A stretch of 64,000 bases of DNA from contig OX597821.1 of assembly GCA_951406725.2 (NCBI GenBank), positions 8,928,001 through 8,992,000 on the forward strand, given 5' to 3'. Positions within the stretch are counted from its first letter, which is position 1; the number at the start of each line of letters is the position of its first letter. Below the pieces are notes generated by a model. That model was not told the origin of the DNA and did no database searches. It was given only the letters and a program-made list of their open reading frames with translations. The DNA is from Octopus vulgaris (Eukaryota). Below, in pieces: positions 60,211-64,000 of the stretch. The translations under genes and the position numbers were made by a program.

Positions 60211-63200
60211 GTTTCTTTGAGTTTTATTTAAGTTTTAGGAGAGTTTAAACCGATCGCTAACATAGCGACTCGACTTTTTGAGTTGAGATAGTTCCCGGTA
60301 TTTGTAAAATTGTGGTTGAATCGTGTGTTGATTCAGTTGTCGATGCACTTCATCTTTTCACGATGGAGAATTTTTGTAATGGTTTACAAATCTTCCCTAG
60401 GCCACAAATAGATTCTATTTGGAAAATCTGCATCAATTTCTCTTGCCCTTGCTTCCTATCCACAAAAGGTTTAACATCAGCAAGTTAACAGAGGGACTGG
60501 TGATCCCCCTCCCCCCAAAAAAACAAACAAACACTTATATTTGTTTCATCGGAGAACAGGCCTTCTCTTGTCATTTATCTAAAGCAGTGAATCAGTTTCG
60601 ATCGTTTCACCGACGAGTCTTTTCTTCATAAAATGTAAAATTATAAGGAACTAATTCATCTATGCTGTTGCTAATTGTAAGTCATATAACCAATCGAACA
60701 TTAGAGGTGAATACGCCTAAATGATGTAGTTTTCCGTTTCTTAATTTACTAGAAATTATACTCTGAGACATTATCCATATGGGTGCTACGAACTAACGGA
60801 GCACTCGTCAATTTTTCAGCTAAACCACTGTCTACTGGGATAAACGCTACCATCCATGGATACCAATTTACAGCAAGATTGCCTTCAACTATGAAAGTTA
60901 AGACTACTGGATATGGACATCATGCGAGGACCTTATTAGTTACGTGCTGTTCATATTTTGGAAAGTTGTCTCACACTCGGATATTCGTAACGCCTCCTAA
61001 TACTTTATTATTATTAATTAATTAAGGCTTGCTCTGTAGGAATGGTGTGGCTACGGTCGTTGTAGGCTATCATACGCCGGTAATATCGACTAGGTTGATT
61101 TCCGTAAGAAGTTGTTTTTAACAGCGGCAAAAACAAACAAACATGGATGTGAAGGGAATTCCAGAAAACATGTAGGAGGAAAAGACCGCTAAACACGGCT
61201 AATTGGAGGAGCGCAATGGGGAACAAGAAGAAGAAACATAAGTGAGTCAGATGTTCCTAGTTAGAAGAAACAAGATTTGTGTCAGCTCCGAAGAACAGAG
61301 GCCTAGTAGTGATAGCAAAGCGGAGTGATGAAGTAACATAGGTTGCAAGGTGTTTGTAATATTGTTGTTAATGTCGTTACGTGGATCCTTGTTAGCCTAG
61401 CCAAACATGCATATGACATTGATAAAGTCGATAGATACAGACTGACTAGATAAGCCATAACACATTTTTAAACTGATATAAGGCATTTAGAACTACATTA
61501 TCCAATGTAACCTTCAAATTTCAGTGTGGTTGGATGTGATTCGATGCAGGTTTTGATGCTTGCTTTAGCAGATCAGGCGATGGCATACAGTCTCTTTGAT
61601 TGGCTTGATGTTATAAGATAATTATGAGTTGTCTAGTGTAACAATCAGTTCCAGGACTAAGTTTACCTTTACTTTATGTAGCTAATGGGATTAAGAACGC
61701 TACGTACATAATTTAATGTAATTTGCCCGCTCCTGGAAACACAATGTTCTTCGGCGTTTGTAATAAATCAATATTAAGCAGCTAAATGCGAATAATCGAT
61801 CTAAATTTGAAGATATATACTCTGAAATAGATTGTCAAGAGAATGTCTTTATTTCATTCAAATCAAGTAGAAATATTCTCTCGTTGATTAGTTAAGACAT
61901 TCGAAAGTTTAAATTTAGTGAAATCAGACCAACGTTGGAAATGTCTCAGGAATTTCGCGTAAAATATAGTGACTTTAATGAAATCAGTTCATTTATTATG
62001 TATTGTTGATTGGATGGCTGACCCAAACCTGTAAGGCAGTGACATTTGTCAACGACGAACCTTCTGTACATATACTAATGATTGCCACAGAATTCATGTT
62101 ACATTATCATCAGTGATTCACACCAACTATAAAAACATTTTATCAAGAAAAGTATTTCCAATGAAAGTATTTATGCATCGTATGTTATATAACCGTAGAC
62201 CGCATTAGAAATATACTTTTGATAAAGCTAGGCAGTAAGGTTAGGAAAGAAATAATATTTAAAACCCGGTATTTACGATTTGACTCTGGTTTTGGACAGA
62301 TACCATAATTAACTTGTCTTATATATAAACTAGCCAATTAATTTGTTGGTCGTAAGTGTATAATTATCAAATACTTTGTGGGTATATATGTTGTAGTATA
62401 GATGTATAATGAAGGCAGTATTAATACTACAAGTTTCGTCTATTTGGGACTTACTTTAAGTCATCAATAATCCTGAGGTCATTTAAGTATTGTTTTACTT
62501 TCAAAGACAAAGATTCAGAGCAACAGAACGACTACTTTTCAGTTTCCTTTTAGATTTGATGTCCGGCAACACCAATTAAAAGAAATGTACAGGTTTTACC
62601 AGTGTGAATGAGTGAGTATGATGTGTGATGTGTGCTTGGATGTGTATGTGTACGTGTGTGTGTGTGAGAGTATGTGTGTGTATGCGTCTATGCATGCGTT
62701 TATGTGAAGGATCATATAAACATTCTTTAGCGTAGAAAAATGGTTACCAGCATTTCTTCTGGCTCTCTATGTTCTGAGTTCAAACTTCAGCGATATTTAC
62801 TTTACCTTTCATCATTCCCAGTTGAGCACTGGGATTGATCTAAATGACTTACTCTCTTTGTTGAAATTGTTGCTCTTGTGACAAAATTTCAAACCGTTAT
62901 TTAGCGAAGTTTGAAATCATGGTTGGGTTATTTTTCCTCACCTCGGGATCGATAAATTAAGTACCACTTGCATACTGGGGTTGATCTAATCGACGAGACC
63001 TCTCCCCCAAAATTTGGGCCGTGTGACTAGAGCAGAAAAAATATAAAATATATCAGTGAAAGGCACACACACGCGTTTAGTATATACCGTATATGAATAC
63101 ATACATATATGTGTGCGTGTGTGTGTGTTATACATGCATAAACACACACATATATATAAATATACGTCTATGTGTATATGTATGTATGCATGTATGCATA

Positions 63201-63215
63201 CCCATGTTGTATAAA

Positions 63216-63262
<47 letters not shown>

Positions 63263-64000
63263 TTTGTGCAGAACAAGTATCATTAGTAACATTAATTGAA
63301 AAGTATAAAGGCGGTGACCTGGCAGACTCGATAGCATGCCGGACGAAAAGCTTAGCGATATTTCGTCTGTCTTTACGTTCGGAGTTCAAATTCCGCCGAG
63401 GTTGACTTTGCCTTTCATCCTTTCGGGGTCGATAAATTAAGTACCAGTTGCGTACTGGTGTCGATCTAATCGACTGATCGCCCACCCCCTTAAAATTTCG
63501 GACCTTGTGCCTATAACAGAAATAATTAATTGAAAAACATTGCTTTTGATTTGGTTTTTATGTCGTCGTTATTAATACTTCGCCAATATAGAATATATAA
63601 GCGGAAGACACAAACACGCATTTACGAATATACCATATATTAATGCATGTGTGTGTGTGTGTGTGTGTGTGTGTTTGTGTATGCGTGTGTGTATAACCAC
63701 GCGTATATGTTTATATTTATATCTATATAACGGAATTCTGCACACTTCCGGCATAGAAATGTCTACTCGTGAGATACTGTTAAAGCCAACGTTATGATAG
63801 AAGACGTACACGACCAAAGCCCTGCATAACAGGATGGTTTCGAAGTATATACTCGAACCTGCACATTGAATGTGGGCCATTTGATTCAAGTTACAGAACG
63901 TGTACACGGTCACTCGTTAATTTAATAATAATAAAAAAAAGAAATTAATCTTTTCAAGTTAGAATATTAATTTTCGTTGTTGTTTGTTATAAATAACTTT

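Noticed and set aside
60753-61025. ~90-codon open frame after an AG
   Set aside because: No recognisable motif or clear exon partner; compatible with chance.

Overview
AT-rich eukaryotic DNA dominated by microsatellites and transposons. The SINE families and (TA)n/(TACA)n/(TAA)n load resemble an octopus genome (inference). Most ORFs in the supplied track are translations of microsatellites or decayed transposons. Recognisable content: two decayed Ty3/Gypsy (Mag-like) LTR fragments; RTE, CR1-like and L1/Tx1-like LINE remnants; two convergent decayed Penelope-like elements (PLEs); three Tc1/mariner remnants; Helentron-like non-autonomous repeats; many tRNA-derived SINEs. Two things are invisible in the ORF track. 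(1) A spliced host gene (exons 22126-22263 and 24886-25068, + strand) encoding a 10-cysteine prokineticin/colipase-fold peptide without the AVITG motif; its first exon was not found. (2) A cluster of type I hammerhead ribozyme (HHR) motifs at about 32-46 kb, including a near-identical tandem dimer of a 535-bp unit with an intact-looking HHR per unit (retrozyme/circRNA-like architecture) and a ~710-bp fold-back with an HHR in each arm.
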